Counted from the stretch's first letter, positions 38,595-47,927 are shown. The stretch is 60,726 nt of DNA from Kiritimatiellales bacterium (GCA_021734595.1 JAIPIO010000001.1:1-60726); one strand, 5' to 3'. Program-made: numbers and translations. The notes: generated by a model not told the origin, from the letters alone.

Positions 38595-40416
38595 GGGATT
38601 TTTCTTTCAGTATTGCAGGCCAGTCGATGCCCTCTCCCGTCCCCCCGATGTCGCCCGGCGGAACCTTGTCGGCGTCCTTGAATTCGTCCAAAGCCACACA
38701 ATAGGCTTCGTTTTTGAACCAGACAAGCAGATAGCCGCGATGGTTGGGAAAGAACAGTTCCATCAGTTTCCTGTCATCTTCGAGTGTCAAGTGGTTGACC
38801 CACAGGACAGGGTTGCCGAAATCGGGATCATTGCTTGGAGGGAAATAGACATACCCCTGCCTTAACTTGTGCCAGGTCTGAATATAGGGGCGCGGAGTAA
38901 ACACCACCGCCGGAGTCTGGATTTGCTCCGCGGCCCTGACCGGTTTACTGATTTGCGAAGCCAGTTCCTCGATGGCTTTGAGCCGAACCGGGATATAGCC
39001 CAACCACGCAGTAATCACCAGTGCGCAGCAAGCGGCTACGGGCAGCAGTCCGACGGGAATCTTGCGCCACTTAAGCATTGCATGTTGCAACAGGGAAAGC
39101 CGCTTTATTCCAGCCACCGACAGGAAAACTACCGGAAGCGCAATTTCTGAAAAATGGACGGGGCCATAGGTATCTATTCCCGGATCGGGAAGAAACATAA
39201 AGCCCAGGATAAAGGAAAAAGCTGTCAGCCAAAGCGCCAACAGCCTTTTGCGGATGGGAGCAAACAGGATGAAGAGGAAAGAGCAGGGCCAGCCGAACAG
39301 GGCGATATTCATCCGGGTCAGGGCAGAGACCAGCACCTTCAGCGCCGTAGTCGGACTCAATTGCAAAAGCGTAAAGGATTCCGCCATCCCGACCGAAGAG
39401 AACAGGCTGAACCGGCACCCGTTTTCGATGATATAATTGATGTAGTTTCGGTACGGAGTCAGCAATGCATTCCCGGTCTGCCCATAGATCAGCGCAAAGA
39501 AACCCGCGAGAAAGCAAGCCCCGACCGCGGCGGCAAGGAATCCGTTTCTTCGCCGGATTCGGTTTGAGTTCCTGACGCAGAAAAACAGCCACCATGCAAG
39601 CAAAGGCACTCCGAAGGAAATCGCGGTGTAGGGCCGTACGAAAAATGCTCCGGCAAAGGTTGAAATAAAGGCAACGTGCCAACCGGCGCGTTCCGTTGTG
39701 CGCAGTTTTAGAAAACTCAGCAGCATCCAGCCCAAAAACATGATCTCTGCCGTATGGGAAAGTTTCGTCGCCGCACCAATGAGCAACAGGGGTGATGCGG
39801 CAAAAAGCAACACACACAGGCGAGCCCAGCGCTCTTTGAACAGCACTCTGCCGATTCCATAAACCGCAGGAACCGTGAGCGCCGCATAGACGGCATTGAT
39901 ATATCCATTCCACCCAAAAAGCGCATCCGGCAGCAGCATAATCGGCCAGCCCAGAAAATACTGCGAATAATAGGCGCCGTCGTTGACCATGAATACCCGA
40001 TCAAAAAACAGCCGGGCCGGATGCGACACCGCCGCAAGCTTACCGCTGAAGAGCACCTTGCTCATGAACGTATAGCAGGTTTCATCGTCCGTTATCGGCG
40101 TGTTGTGCAGTGCAAACAACCGGATGCACGCACTGGCCAGAAATACAAAACCCATGGAGATGGCAATGAAACGGTTTGCGGGAACGGCCAGAAAACCGGA
40201 TACCCACCGGTGGTTGCGCGAAATGGGAAGCAATGACTTCCACAGGAAAAAGGCCGCAACAAATCCGAATAGCCCCCATATCAGCATGGCATATGCATGC
40301 CCAGGAACATGATCTTCCAAGCTGCCCAGCGGCATCCCCACAATAGCAACCGCCCCATGGAACAACGCCAAAAACAGCACCGTAATCAACAAGTAGAAAC
40401 CCGACTGTCTTTTCAT
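38587..40416 (-). CDS. Polytopic membrane glycosyltransferase, ArnT/PMT (GT39/GT83)-like, with a soluble C-terminal domain
   Basis: More than 10 TM segments. 8-nt overlap with the GT2 start. Start ATG 40416 (MKRQSGFYLL, preceded by GGGAAGG); the alternative is ATG 40458. The family call rests on topology and context only. Confidence 0.65.
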   Translation of the reverse strand: MKRQSGFYLLITVLFLALFHGAVAIVGMPLGSLEDHVPGHAYAMLIWGLFGFVAAFFLWKSLLPISRNHRWVSGFLAVPANRFIAISMGFVFLASACIRLFALHNTPITDDETCYTFMSKVLFSGKLAAVSHPARLFFDRVFMVNDGAYYSQYFLGWPIMLLPDALFGWNGYINAVYAALTVPAVYGIGRVLFKERWARLCVLLFAASPLLLIGAATKLSHTAEIMFLGWMLLSFLKLRTTERAGWHVAFISTFAGAFFVRPYTAISFGVPLLAWWLFFCVRNSNRIRRRNGFLAAAVGACFLAGFFALIYGQTGNALLTPYRNYINYIIENGCRFSLFSSVGMAESFTLLQLSPTTALKVLVSALTRMNIALFGWPCSFLFILFAPIRKRLLALWLTAFSFILGFMFLPDPGIDTYGPVHFSEIALPVVFLSVAGIKRLSLLQHAMLKWRKIPVGLLPVAACCALVITAWLGYIPVRLKAIEELASQISKPVRAAEQIQTPAVVFTPRPYIQTWHKLRQGYVYFPPSNDPDFGNPVLWVNHLTLEDDRKLMELFFPNHRGYLLVWFKNEAYCVALDEFKDADKVPPGDIGGTGEGIDWPAILKEKSHE

Positions 40417-40468
40417 AAACCAGCGCCTTCCCAACGGGGTTCCATAAATTGCCCGCATCGATTTTCAA

Positions 40469-41851
40469 TCATCCAAACTTCAACATCGCCCGGAATGCAT
40501 CAACGTTCATTTTCAGCTCTTCCAGGTTTTTGATCTTCAACAACCTGCGGATAAAATAGGCGGGGCGGAAGTAGAATTTTGTATAGGCCTTTTTGTAATA
40601 GGCCTTGATGGTTTCCGGCGGCAAATCGGGAAGATTCATCAACGGCTTCGACAAATCAAAGTCCGACCAGCCTTCGGCCAGCAGCCAGCCCTTTTCGTTG
40701 GCCTCACGGTACATGGCCGTGCCCGGATAAGGGGTGGCAATATTAAAGATTGCGATATCCGGTTTCACTTTAATGGCATACCGGATGGTTTTCTGCAGAT
40801 CGGACTCGGTTTCTCCGGGATTGCCGACCATAAATGCCGCCCGGACGTTCATTCCCGCCCTTTGCGCCACCCCAATCGCCTCCTCGTTTTTTGCTGGATC
40901 CGTTCGCTTGTTCAGCGATTGGAGTATCCGGGCGCTGCCCGACTCGATTCCATAGCTAATCTGATGACACCCCGCTTTTTTCATCAGTTTCAGCAGTTCC
41001 TCATTCACCGTGTCCGTGCGGGCAAAACAGCTCCAGGTAAGGTCGACCTTTTCATCGATCAGAATCCGGCAGAATTCTTCCACCACCCGTTTGATTGCCG
41101 TAAACGTGTCGTCGTAGAAACTGATTTCGCGGATTCCGTATTTTTCCTTCAGATGCAGGATTTCGTCGGCAATGCGCCGAGCCGTCAGCACCCGCACCTT
41201 CCGACCCAGCATTTCCGGGTAGCAGAACGTGCAGCGCCCGGGACAGCCCCTTGATGCAATAAACCCGATGGCCGGCTTGCGGCGGTAGCTTCCCAGGGCG
41301 GAAAAATACCTGTCCATCGGCAGCTTGTGGTAGGCCAGCATCGGCTGCGTGGTCACATCGTACAGATCCGGCGACTGCGCAGTATGCAGCGCCTTTCCGC
41401 CCTCTTTGTACGACAAATTAAATATTTCCGACGGCAGAATTCCGGTTACAAGATCAAGCAGCGGTTTTTCGCCTTCGTTGCGTATGATATAATCAACGTA
41501 TGGTTTCTGAATCAGCTCCTCATGAAAAACTGTCGGATGCACCCCTCCGAGAATGATTGGTTTTTCAGGAAACGCCGCTTTGATGCTCCGCGCAATTTCC
41601 AGCGCATTGTCAATTGCCACCGTAGTTGATGTAATCCCGACCCACTGGTAATCATCCGTCACGCGCACCACAATGCTGTCCAAAGAGAGGTGCTCGGCCT
41701 CGGCATCCAGCACATCGCACTCGACCCCGTTCTTCTCCAGCACGGCGGCCAGCAAAGCGAGGCCGAAAGGCGGCGTGCAGCTGCCGATCTTCCCCCATAT
41801 ATTGTCGTCAGCCAGCAGCGTGCGGGGAGGATTAATAAGTAAAACCGCCAT
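40469..41851 (-). CDS. B12-binding-domain radical SAM protein
   Basis: MAVLLINPP start (ATG 41851 with GGGAAGG upstream; the track ORF extends to 41893). Cobalamin-binding-like N-terminal domain. CxxxCxxC in ASRGCPGRCTFCY. Confidence 0.9.
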   Translation of the reverse strand: MAVLLINPPRTLLADDNIWGKIGSCTPPFGLALLAAVLEKNGVECDVLDAEAEHLSLDSIVVRVTDDYQWVGITSTTVAIDNALEIARSIKAAFPEKPIILGGVHPTVFHEELIQKPYVDYIIRNEGEKPLLDLVTGILPSEIFNLSYKEGGKALHTAQSPDLYDVTTQPMLAYHKLPMDRYFSALGSYRRKPAIGFIASRGCPGRCTFCYPEMLGRKVRVLTARRIADEILHLKEKYGIREISFYDDTFTAIKRVVEEFCRILIDEKVDLTWSCFARTDTVNEELLKLMKKAGCHQISYGIESGSARILQSLNKRTDPAKNEEAIGVAQRAGMNVRAAFMVGNPGETESDLQKTIRYAIKVKPDIAIFNIATPYPGTAMYREANEKGWLLAEGWSDFDLSKPLMNLPDLPPETIKAYYKKAYTKFYFRPAYFIRRLLKIKNLEELKMNVDAFRAMLKFG

Positions 41852-41955
41852 CCAGCACCTTCCCATCCCTTTGGGATAATCAATTGGATTCAAGAATGGC
41901 AGTTCCCTTCAACATACGCAAGCCGCCGGTTCAACAACGCCGCAGGTCTTCGCCC

Positions 41956-42022
41956 TTCCAATGATTGGAAAATCAATCGATGTTTTTTCCAAGGACCGGA
42001 AAAAAAGTTCCAATGGCTGGAA
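41956..42022. repeat. Three-site TTCCA-N5-TGGAA module (31 + 21 bp spacing)
   Basis: TTCCAatgatTGGAA at 41956, TTCCAaggacCGGAA at 41987, then AAAAAG, then TTCCAatggcTGGAA at 42008. Confidence 0.85.
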
Positions 42023-42025
42023 CTT

Positions 42026-43117
42026 TCAAGGGCTAGGTTGCGCCCGGTGAATTCGCGCTATCAAATCCAGTCGCTTATCCACCGTCAATGGCGGTACCGA
42101 CTGGAAAAAAAGTTCGTGATATTCCCCGGATTCGGAATTTTCCAAGCGAACCTCAACAAAAGACCTTTTGTTGTCTACCGTCCATAGCCCAAACATCATG
42201 TCGAATTCTTCCTGCGAACAAAATCCCACCTGCGAATAATTTCGATCTGCAAATCTTATTAGGTTCGAAGATAATGTGAATCTGTGCTCGAAACGAAATC
42301 TGTAATCCTCCTCCAGATTCGAGATTCCAAATGCGGACGAGAACATGCGATAGATCGGTTCTCCTTGTTGCATAAGCGTGTTTCGGTAAATTTTTTCGTT
42401 CTTCCGTTCCATGAAGTCGCACCATACCGTTCCATCTTTAAATGTATGAAGATTATTTGTGCTGAGAGTGGGTACAGGGATGACATATCCATAGATCTCG
42501 GCCTCTCTCCATCCCTCAGGCATCTCAACCTGCAATCGTGTCGCGGGCACATCAATGATCATAATCTGGTGGTCTGTCACAGTGTGACTCCAATAAGCTA
42601 CAGACCCAATTATCCCGACAATCGCAACAACATATGTTGCCAGACTGATCCAGAACCAGGTTTTCCCTCCCGGGCGGTTCATGTAACGGCTGAAAGGGCG
42701 ACTCAGACAGATTGCCAGAAGAAGCACCGTTGCAGTTAAGGATCCTGCTACACTTTCTGCGCTGTTTTTCGGCGAATAAGGTCCCCAGGTCCAATAAGAA
42801 ACAAGCGGCTTGAACAATCCAACAATCAGAAGTATCAACCAAAGCTTTCGTGCCCAGTTTCGGCGCAAAAACAAACCTACTGACAGAGGCAATTGTCCCA
42901 AAAGACAAACTGCTGCCACATAGGCAAATATTACCGCCGTCAGCCAGACCGGAAAAATAATTTGAGTTTGCGGCAGGAATCGAAGCATTTTCACAATGCT
43001 CCACAGCGCAATGCCGGCGATTGAGACCGCCAGCAATTTTACCAGCAATCCGCCAATGCGCCCCCAGCCCGATCTTTCTTTTTTATCGTCCCTCATATTT
43101 TTACGGTAACCATGCAA
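42026..43117 (-). CDS. Hypothetical integral membrane protein with a soluble C-terminal domain (visibly AT-richer gene)
   Basis: 363-aa ORF with 5-6 N-terminal hydrophobic helices. No family recognised. An alternative start is ATG 43096. Confidence 0.6.
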   Translation of the reverse strand: MHGYRKNMRDDKKERSGWGRIGGLLVKLLAVSIAGIALWSIVKMLRFLPQTQIIFPVWLTAVIFAYVAAVCLLGQLPLSVGLFLRRNWARKLWLILLIVGLFKPLVSYWTWGPYSPKNSAESVAGSLTATVLLLAICLSRPFSRYMNRPGGKTWFWISLATYVVAIVGIIGSVAYWSHTVTDHQIMIIDVPATRLQVEMPEGWREAEIYGYVIPVPTLSTNNLHTFKDGTVWCDFMERKNEKIYRNTLMQQGEPIYRMFSSAFGISNLEEDYRFRFEHRFTLSSNLIRFADRNYSQVGFCSQEEFDMMFGLWTVDNKRSFVEVRLENSESGEYHELFFQSVPPLTVDKRLDLIARIHRAQPSP

Positions 43118-43137
43118 TCAGGATTGTCGGAACAGCG

Positions 43138-43203
43138 TTCAATGGTTGGAAGTCCCGATTCCCCTTTTTCCAAGGATTGGAAAAAAAGTTCCAAGGGTTG
43201 GAA
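43138..43203. repeat. Three-site TTCCA-N5-TGGAA module, near-duplicate of 41956-42022
   Basis: TTC-AatggtTGGAA at 43138, TTCCAaggatTGGAA at 43168, then AAAAAG, then TTCCAagggtTGGAA at 43189. Same order, spacing and linker. Confidence 0.85.
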
Positions 43204-43214
43204 CCCGCGCCGCC

Positions 43215-43904
43215 CTATTTCTTTTTGCGCTTCTTTTTTCCTTTCTTAGGAGATTCCCGCAGCGGCGCGTTGCGGAAGCCTTCGAGCTTTTCGATGTAGA
43301 CTTCAGGCGTCCATTCCTTGTCACACCCACCGATGCGGCCAAGGTTCTTGCCGTCGGGCGAAATCAGAAAGGCGCAGGGATAGCCCGAACAGGGAAACCC
43401 CTTTTTGAGTTCGGGATATTTCTTTGCCCAATGCTCCCCATCGCTTTTCTTGGAAAAGTCGGCCATGAAAAGCACGAGATTCCCCTTGGCATAATCCCTG
43501 AACTCACTTTTGTTGAGGATATTATCTTCCAGTATCACGCAGTAGCCACACCATGCAGGAGCGGTGTAAAGCAACAGGATCGGCAGATCATATTCTTTGG
43601 CCTCGGCCTGTACTTTTTCATAGTCCGTCAGCCACCTCGAACTGCGTTCTTTCAACCGCTGCGCCTTGAGTCGCTCTTCCATATTCCGCAGGTGCTGAGC
43701 TATGTACTCTTGGTCGGCCTCGGAAAGCTTATCAATCTCAAACGGGTGGATTTTCCGAGTGCGGGCAATCTTCAGGAAAACGATATCGTCCTTCACCCGT
43801 TGTAGCTCCGCCTCCACCGTCTTGCCCTCGGCATTCGTCCAGACCCGCGCCTGGACACCAACGGCAAAACAAAACAGTAAGGCTGCTATGGAAATTTCCC
43901 TCAT
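43215..43904 (-). CDS. Exported thioredoxin-fold protein with N-terminal SHD1-like domain and Lys-rich tail
   Basis: ATG 43904 after GGGAGGG. Signal MREISIAALLFCFAVGVQA. WTNAEGKTVEAEL..IHPFEIDKLSEADQEYI (SHD1-like). CxxC in APAWCGYC. C-terminal PKKGKKKRKKK. Confidence 0.8.
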   Translation of the reverse strand: MREISIAALLFCFAVGVQARVWTNAEGKTVEAELQRVKDDIVFLKIARTRKIHPFEIDKLSEADQEYIAQHLRNMEERLKAQRLKERSSRWLTDYEKVQAEAKEYDLPILLLYTAPAWCGYCVILEDNILNKSEFRDYAKGNLVLFMADFSKKSDGEHWAKKYPELKKGFPCSGYPCAFLISPDGKNLGRIGGCDKEWTPEVYIEKLEGFRNAPLRESPKKGKKKRKKK

Positions 43905-43920
43905 GACCTTCCCTCCCAAA

Positions 43921-44661
43921 TCAGATGTTTACGACCCCATTGCACTCGGGATAGCCCGAACAACCCCAAAACTGCTTTCCGGCGTTTTCACCGTTGCGCG
44001 CGGTGCGCAGCACCATCGCTTTTCCGCACTTTGGACATGGCGGGATTTGCTCCGCCGAACCACCGGCCTTCTTGCGGCTGCGCTCGGCCAATCGTGCGGT
44101 GGCGAGCTGCTCGCTATAGCCGCCCTCTTCGACAAACTGCGCCTCCAACGCGGCAATCTGCTGGTCGAGCAGATAGTTGGTCTGGTTGATCAGGCAGATA
44201 AGCGCATTTGCCCGAATCACCGGCTTCTCGTGATCCAGCCATTTTGCATAAAGAGTGTAGCGCTGCTGATCCGACAAACCAGTCAGATCCGACGGATTGG
44301 ACGGATCGTTCCTGAATTGCCGCGGAACGTTCCGCACTTCCATCGATTCGGGGTCGTCGGGCTCCCATTTTCGAAGGTGGCGGTGGCGCAGATAGTCTTC
44401 ATAATCGAGCAGGAGTTCCTCCAGGCTGGAACGGGCAACGTTGACGAGTCGCAACTCGGTCTGGCTTGAAGTGGCAGAGGCACGGCTACCTTCCGCTATG
44501 TTCTGCCGCCCGCTTCTCGCGGCCTGCACCATTTGGTCGACCGTGCGGGAGCGGGAATCGACGAACTTTTCACAAAACCAGACCGTTGCATCATAGATGA
44601 TCGTCGCGGTTTGGAATGTAGCCAACTTCCTGTACCCACCGCTTGGCCGCAGCTTGCCCAT
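43921..44661 (-). CDS. Four-helix-bundle (23S rRNA IVS / Avd-like) protein fused to a topoisomerase-type C4 zinc ribbon
   Basis: QNIAEGSRASATSSQTELRLVNVARSSLEELLLDYEDYL matches the four-helix-bundle family. C-terminal CPKCGKAMVLRTARNGENAGKQFWGCSGYPEC. Confidence 0.75.
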   Translation of the reverse strand: MGKLRPSGGYRKLATFQTATIIYDATVWFCEKFVDSRSRTVDQMVQAARSGRQNIAEGSRASATSSQTELRLVNVARSSLEELLLDYEDYLRHRHLRKWEPDDPESMEVRNVPRQFRNDPSNPSDLTGLSDQQRYTLYAKWLDHEKPVIRANALICLINQTNYLLDQQIAALEAQFVEEGGYSEQLATARLAERSRKKAGGSAEQIPPCPKCGKAMVLRTARNGENAGKQFWGCSGYPECNGVVNI

Positions 44662-44715
44662 TGGCCCTCCTTAAAGATGATCAGACGGATCCGACCGATC
44701 CGTCCGATCTGACTG

Positions 44716-46413
44716 TCACTTCCTCTTCTTCAATTGCTGCGCCCCGCCGAGCTCGGCAAAGCCGGTTTTTTCGAGGTCGGTCCAAAGCGTGCCGTCGCCG
44801 GCGTGGATGATGTTGACTTTCATCCCTGGATTGAGCGTATCGGCAAAGATCCAGCGCGCATAGGCGACGGGATCGCCGAAGGCGGCGGTCTTGAGCTGCA
44901 GGCCGTTGGCTTTTTCGCCCTCGACCTTTTCAAGAGCCGAGGCCGTGGCCTGTCCAAGTACGCGCACCTTGTCGGCTTCAATTGCGGCCGTCAGCTTTTT
45001 GATTTCCGCTGCCTTCTTGAGCGTTTCGGCCTGGATCTGCGCAACCTGTTTATCGAGATCGGCTTCAATCTCGGCCTTGAGCTTTTCGGTCTCCTGCATC
45101 ACCTGCTCTCCGCTCTGCTCAATCAGCGCAAGTTGGGTATTCAGTTCGGCCTCTTTGCGGGCAGTGTTCTGCCGTTCCTTATTGGTGAGATCCTGCTCCA
45201 CCGCGATGCTCGACATCTGAATCGGCGCGCGGATCTCGTCGGGCACTTCGACGTGCCGGATGAGTGCGTTGTATACCTTGATGTCCTTGCCGCCGAGCGT
45301 CTGCTCAAGCGACGCGGTAAGGTCATCCTGGAACTGTTCGCGGCCTTCGCCGACGATAAAGTCCTTGGCGCGGTATTCCGAACCCTTGTTGCGCGAAATA
45401 GAGGTGATCTGCGGCATGATAATCTTGTCGACCACCTTGGGCAGGTCGCCGTAGCGCAGGAATATTCCAGCAATACTCTCGGGCTCGAATTCAAATTCAA
45501 CCGTCATATCGAGGCTAATCGGAAATCCATCGCGTGACGGGAAACTGACCAGCTCCATCAGGTTCATTTCGCCATCCGAGAGCGGCGCAGGAGCCATATC
45601 GGCCAGCGGTTTTCCGTCATCGAACTCGGCAAGTTGTCCGCGCTTTAATTTGGGCCTGATGGATGACGCCCGTTTGCTGAAATAGTCGGCGCGTTGCGCC
45701 TCCTGTTTCTGAAGTGTATTCGCCTGCAAGGCCTGCAGCGCCTCGTTCTGGCCGAGCTGCCGCGCCTTGGTCACCACTTTACTGCCTTCCTGCCCCACCA
45801 AAGAAACTTGATTAATACCAATTTCGAGCACATCGACTTGATACTCCTTTGGGTTAACATAGTAGAGCCCCGGCTGGAGAACGTCCTTGCGAACCCCCTT
45901 CTGCTTCGCATTGGCAAACTGCCCGCTGGGTGCCTGCTCACCTGAGAGCGAGGTGATCACCCCGGCATAGCCGATCGGAATACTGATCGCATCGACGATC
46001 TCGACATTATAGCCGTAGGGATTCATCCGGTATTTCCCTGGGCCCAGCACACTCCGCCAAATGCCCTTCTGTCCTCGTTCGGCAATAAATTCGCCCTCAG
46101 GCAGTTTTCCCCCAACCTTGGAAGTTACGATGCCAACCTTGCCCGGCTCAATGATCGTCACATCGACAACCTCGTGGTCGTAGAAGATCGGGTTTAGGAA
46201 GTGGCGCCCTTCACCGAGGGTCTCCTCCCAAATCCCTTTCTGTCCTTTCCGGGCGAGAATCTGCTCCGGTTCGAGCGGATCGCCGTTCTTGGCGGTGATG
46301 ATGGCCATCTTATTCAGGCCGACATAGAAGCGGCAGAAGCCCCATTGCCAGAACAGCTGAAGGAGAACTATGACGAGAACGATTGCGGCTATGAATTTAA
46401 TGATGTTCTTCAT
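44716..46413 (-). CDS. Large SPFH/band-7 (prohibitin/flotillin-like) membrane protein with three N-terminal beta-repeats of about 55 aa and a coiled-coil tail
   Basis: N-terminal TM helix. Repeats GQKGIWEETLGEGRHFLNP.. / GQKGIWRSVLGPGKYRMNP.. / KQKGVRKDVLQPGLYYVNP.. SPFH core, then a long A/E/K/Q-rich helix. ATGA overlap with the upstream paralog. Confidence 0.85.
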   Translation of the reverse strand: MKNIIKFIAAIVLVIVLLQLFWQWGFCRFYVGLNKMAIITAKNGDPLEPEQILARKGQKGIWEETLGEGRHFLNPIFYDHEVVDVTIIEPGKVGIVTSKVGGKLPEGEFIAERGQKGIWRSVLGPGKYRMNPYGYNVEIVDAISIPIGYAGVITSLSGEQAPSGQFANAKQKGVRKDVLQPGLYYVNPKEYQVDVLEIGINQVSLVGQEGSKVVTKARQLGQNEALQALQANTLQKQEAQRADYFSKRASSIRPKLKRGQLAEFDDGKPLADMAPAPLSDGEMNLMELVSFPSRDGFPISLDMTVEFEFEPESIAGIFLRYGDLPKVVDKIIMPQITSISRNKGSEYRAKDFIVGEGREQFQDDLTASLEQTLGGKDIKVYNALIRHVEVPDEIRAPIQMSSIAVEQDLTNKERQNTARKEAELNTQLALIEQSGEQVMQETEKLKAEIEADLDKQVAQIQAETLKKAAEIKKLTAAIEADKVRVLGQATASALEKVEGEKANGLQLKTAAFGDPVAYARWIFADTLNPGMKVNIIHAGDGTLWTDLEKTGFAELGGAQQLKKRK

Positions 46414-47927
46414 TTGGCACCTCCTTTCGCGGGAGCAAACGTGTTGAAGATTTCGCCCACCCCATCCTTATCGGAGCTGAGTACAGAGTTAACTTGCGGG
46501 GCGATTTTTTCATAGAGCGTGTAGCGGGCAAAGTTGTCGGCACCTCCCAGCGCCTTCACGCGGTTTTCAAGCACGACGGCCTCGGCCTCGTTTTGCGCCT
46601 TGATGGCATCCTTCTCCCCGTCGGCGGTAAGCACGATGGCTTCCGACTGGAAGAGTGCGGCCTCGTATTCCACCTTGGCCACATCCAGTTCTTTCTGAGC
46701 GGAAATAAGCCGTACAGCCTGGTCCTGCTCCGCATCGATCACGGCGCGGATACGCTTGGTGTCGGCCTCGACCTTTTCGCGGTTCTGGACGGCAAGCATC
46801 TCCTGCTTGGTCAGTTCGGCCTGCGATATGGCCTGCACAATCTGCTGCTCGTATTTCGCGGCATCCTGCACGGCCAGCTCGCGGTCGCGATTGATGCTGG
46901 CGATTTCGTCGGGAACAATGATTTTGCTCACCATCACTGCCTTGATATCGATGCCCCATCCCTTCGACTTGGCGCGCAGGTGGGCTTCCAGATCGCTCTG
47001 GAACTTCTGGCGCGTCTCCCCGACGATAAAGTTGACTGCCGGATGCTTGCTGCCCTCAATGCGGCTGAATCCGCGGGCACGCGGCAGGATCAACTTTTTA
47101 ATGACGTCGCCCATATCGCCAACGCGGTGTGTCAGGAAGGCCGCTTCGTCACGTTCAATGCCATATTCGATCCGGCCCTCGACCGTGACGGTAAAACCGT
47201 CCATGGTCAGGAAATTGATCACATCCTTGCCGGACATCTTGAAGAGCTGGCTCTGAATGTTCACCTCGACGACGTTGTTCATGTAGGGGTTGAGGTAGTG
47301 CGTGCCGGGATCGAGCAGCCAACTGGATACCCCCTTGAGGCCTTCGCCCACCATGAAGGTGTTGCGTACCTCGGGGGGCAACTCGTTGTTGAGCACATCT
47401 TGGCCGGTCAGGGCCGTCACGACGCCGACGTGGCCGGGCGTAATGTTGATGGCGGCAAATAGTGCGACGTGGAAGGCATAGGGATTGATGCGGTATTTAC
47501 CAGGCCGCAGAATTTCCTGCATGATGCCGCGCTGGCCATCCTCTGCAATAATTTTTCCAGGAGGAAGCTCGTCGCCGTAAAGGCGGGTCATCACACCGAG
47601 CTTACCGGCGGGCACATCGAGAATGCGCTCCATCCGCCAACTCCACGTGTAGGGATTGCGGAAATAACGGCCTTCGGAAAGCACATCGAGCTGGATGCCC
47701 TTCTGTCCCTCCTCCAGCGCGATCACTTGGCCGGGCGGCAGGTTGTCGCCCGTTTTGCGGATCAGCACCGCAATCTCGCCCGCGCCCGGTTCAATCCGGC
47801 AGAAAAACCAGAAAAAGACAACCAGCGCGATGATCGGGCCGATAACCAGCACCGGAATAAACGGCAAGGCGGAAATGTTTGGTATTCTTCTCCGCTCCGG
47901 CGGCCTGAATTCAATTGGATCACTCAT
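46410..47927 (-). CDS. Large SPFH/band-7 membrane protein, paralog of 44716..46413
   Basis: Same architecture: TM helix, three repeats (GQKGIQLDVLSEGRYFRNP.. / GQRGIMQEILRPGKYRINP.. / GLKGVSSWLLDPGTHYLNP..), SPFH core, coiled coil. Confidence 0.85.
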   Translation of the reverse strand: MSDPIEFRPPERRRIPNISALPFIPVLVIGPIIALVVFFWFFCRIEPGAGEIAVLIRKTGDNLPPGQVIALEEGQKGIQLDVLSEGRYFRNPYTWSWRMERILDVPAGKLGVMTRLYGDELPPGKIIAEDGQRGIMQEILRPGKYRINPYAFHVALFAAINITPGHVGVVTALTGQDVLNNELPPEVRNTFMVGEGLKGVSSWLLDPGTHYLNPYMNNVVEVNIQSQLFKMSGKDVINFLTMDGFTVTVEGRIEYGIERDEAAFLTHRVGDMGDVIKKLILPRARGFSRIEGSKHPAVNFIVGETRQKFQSDLEAHLRAKSKGWGIDIKAVMVSKIIVPDEIASINRDRELAVQDAAKYEQQIVQAISQAELTKQEMLAVQNREKVEADTKRIRAVIDAEQDQAVRLISAQKELDVAKVEYEAALFQSEAIVLTADGEKDAIKAQNEAEAVVLENRVKALGGADNFARYTLYEKIAPQVNSVLSSDKDGVGEIFNTFAPAKGGAK

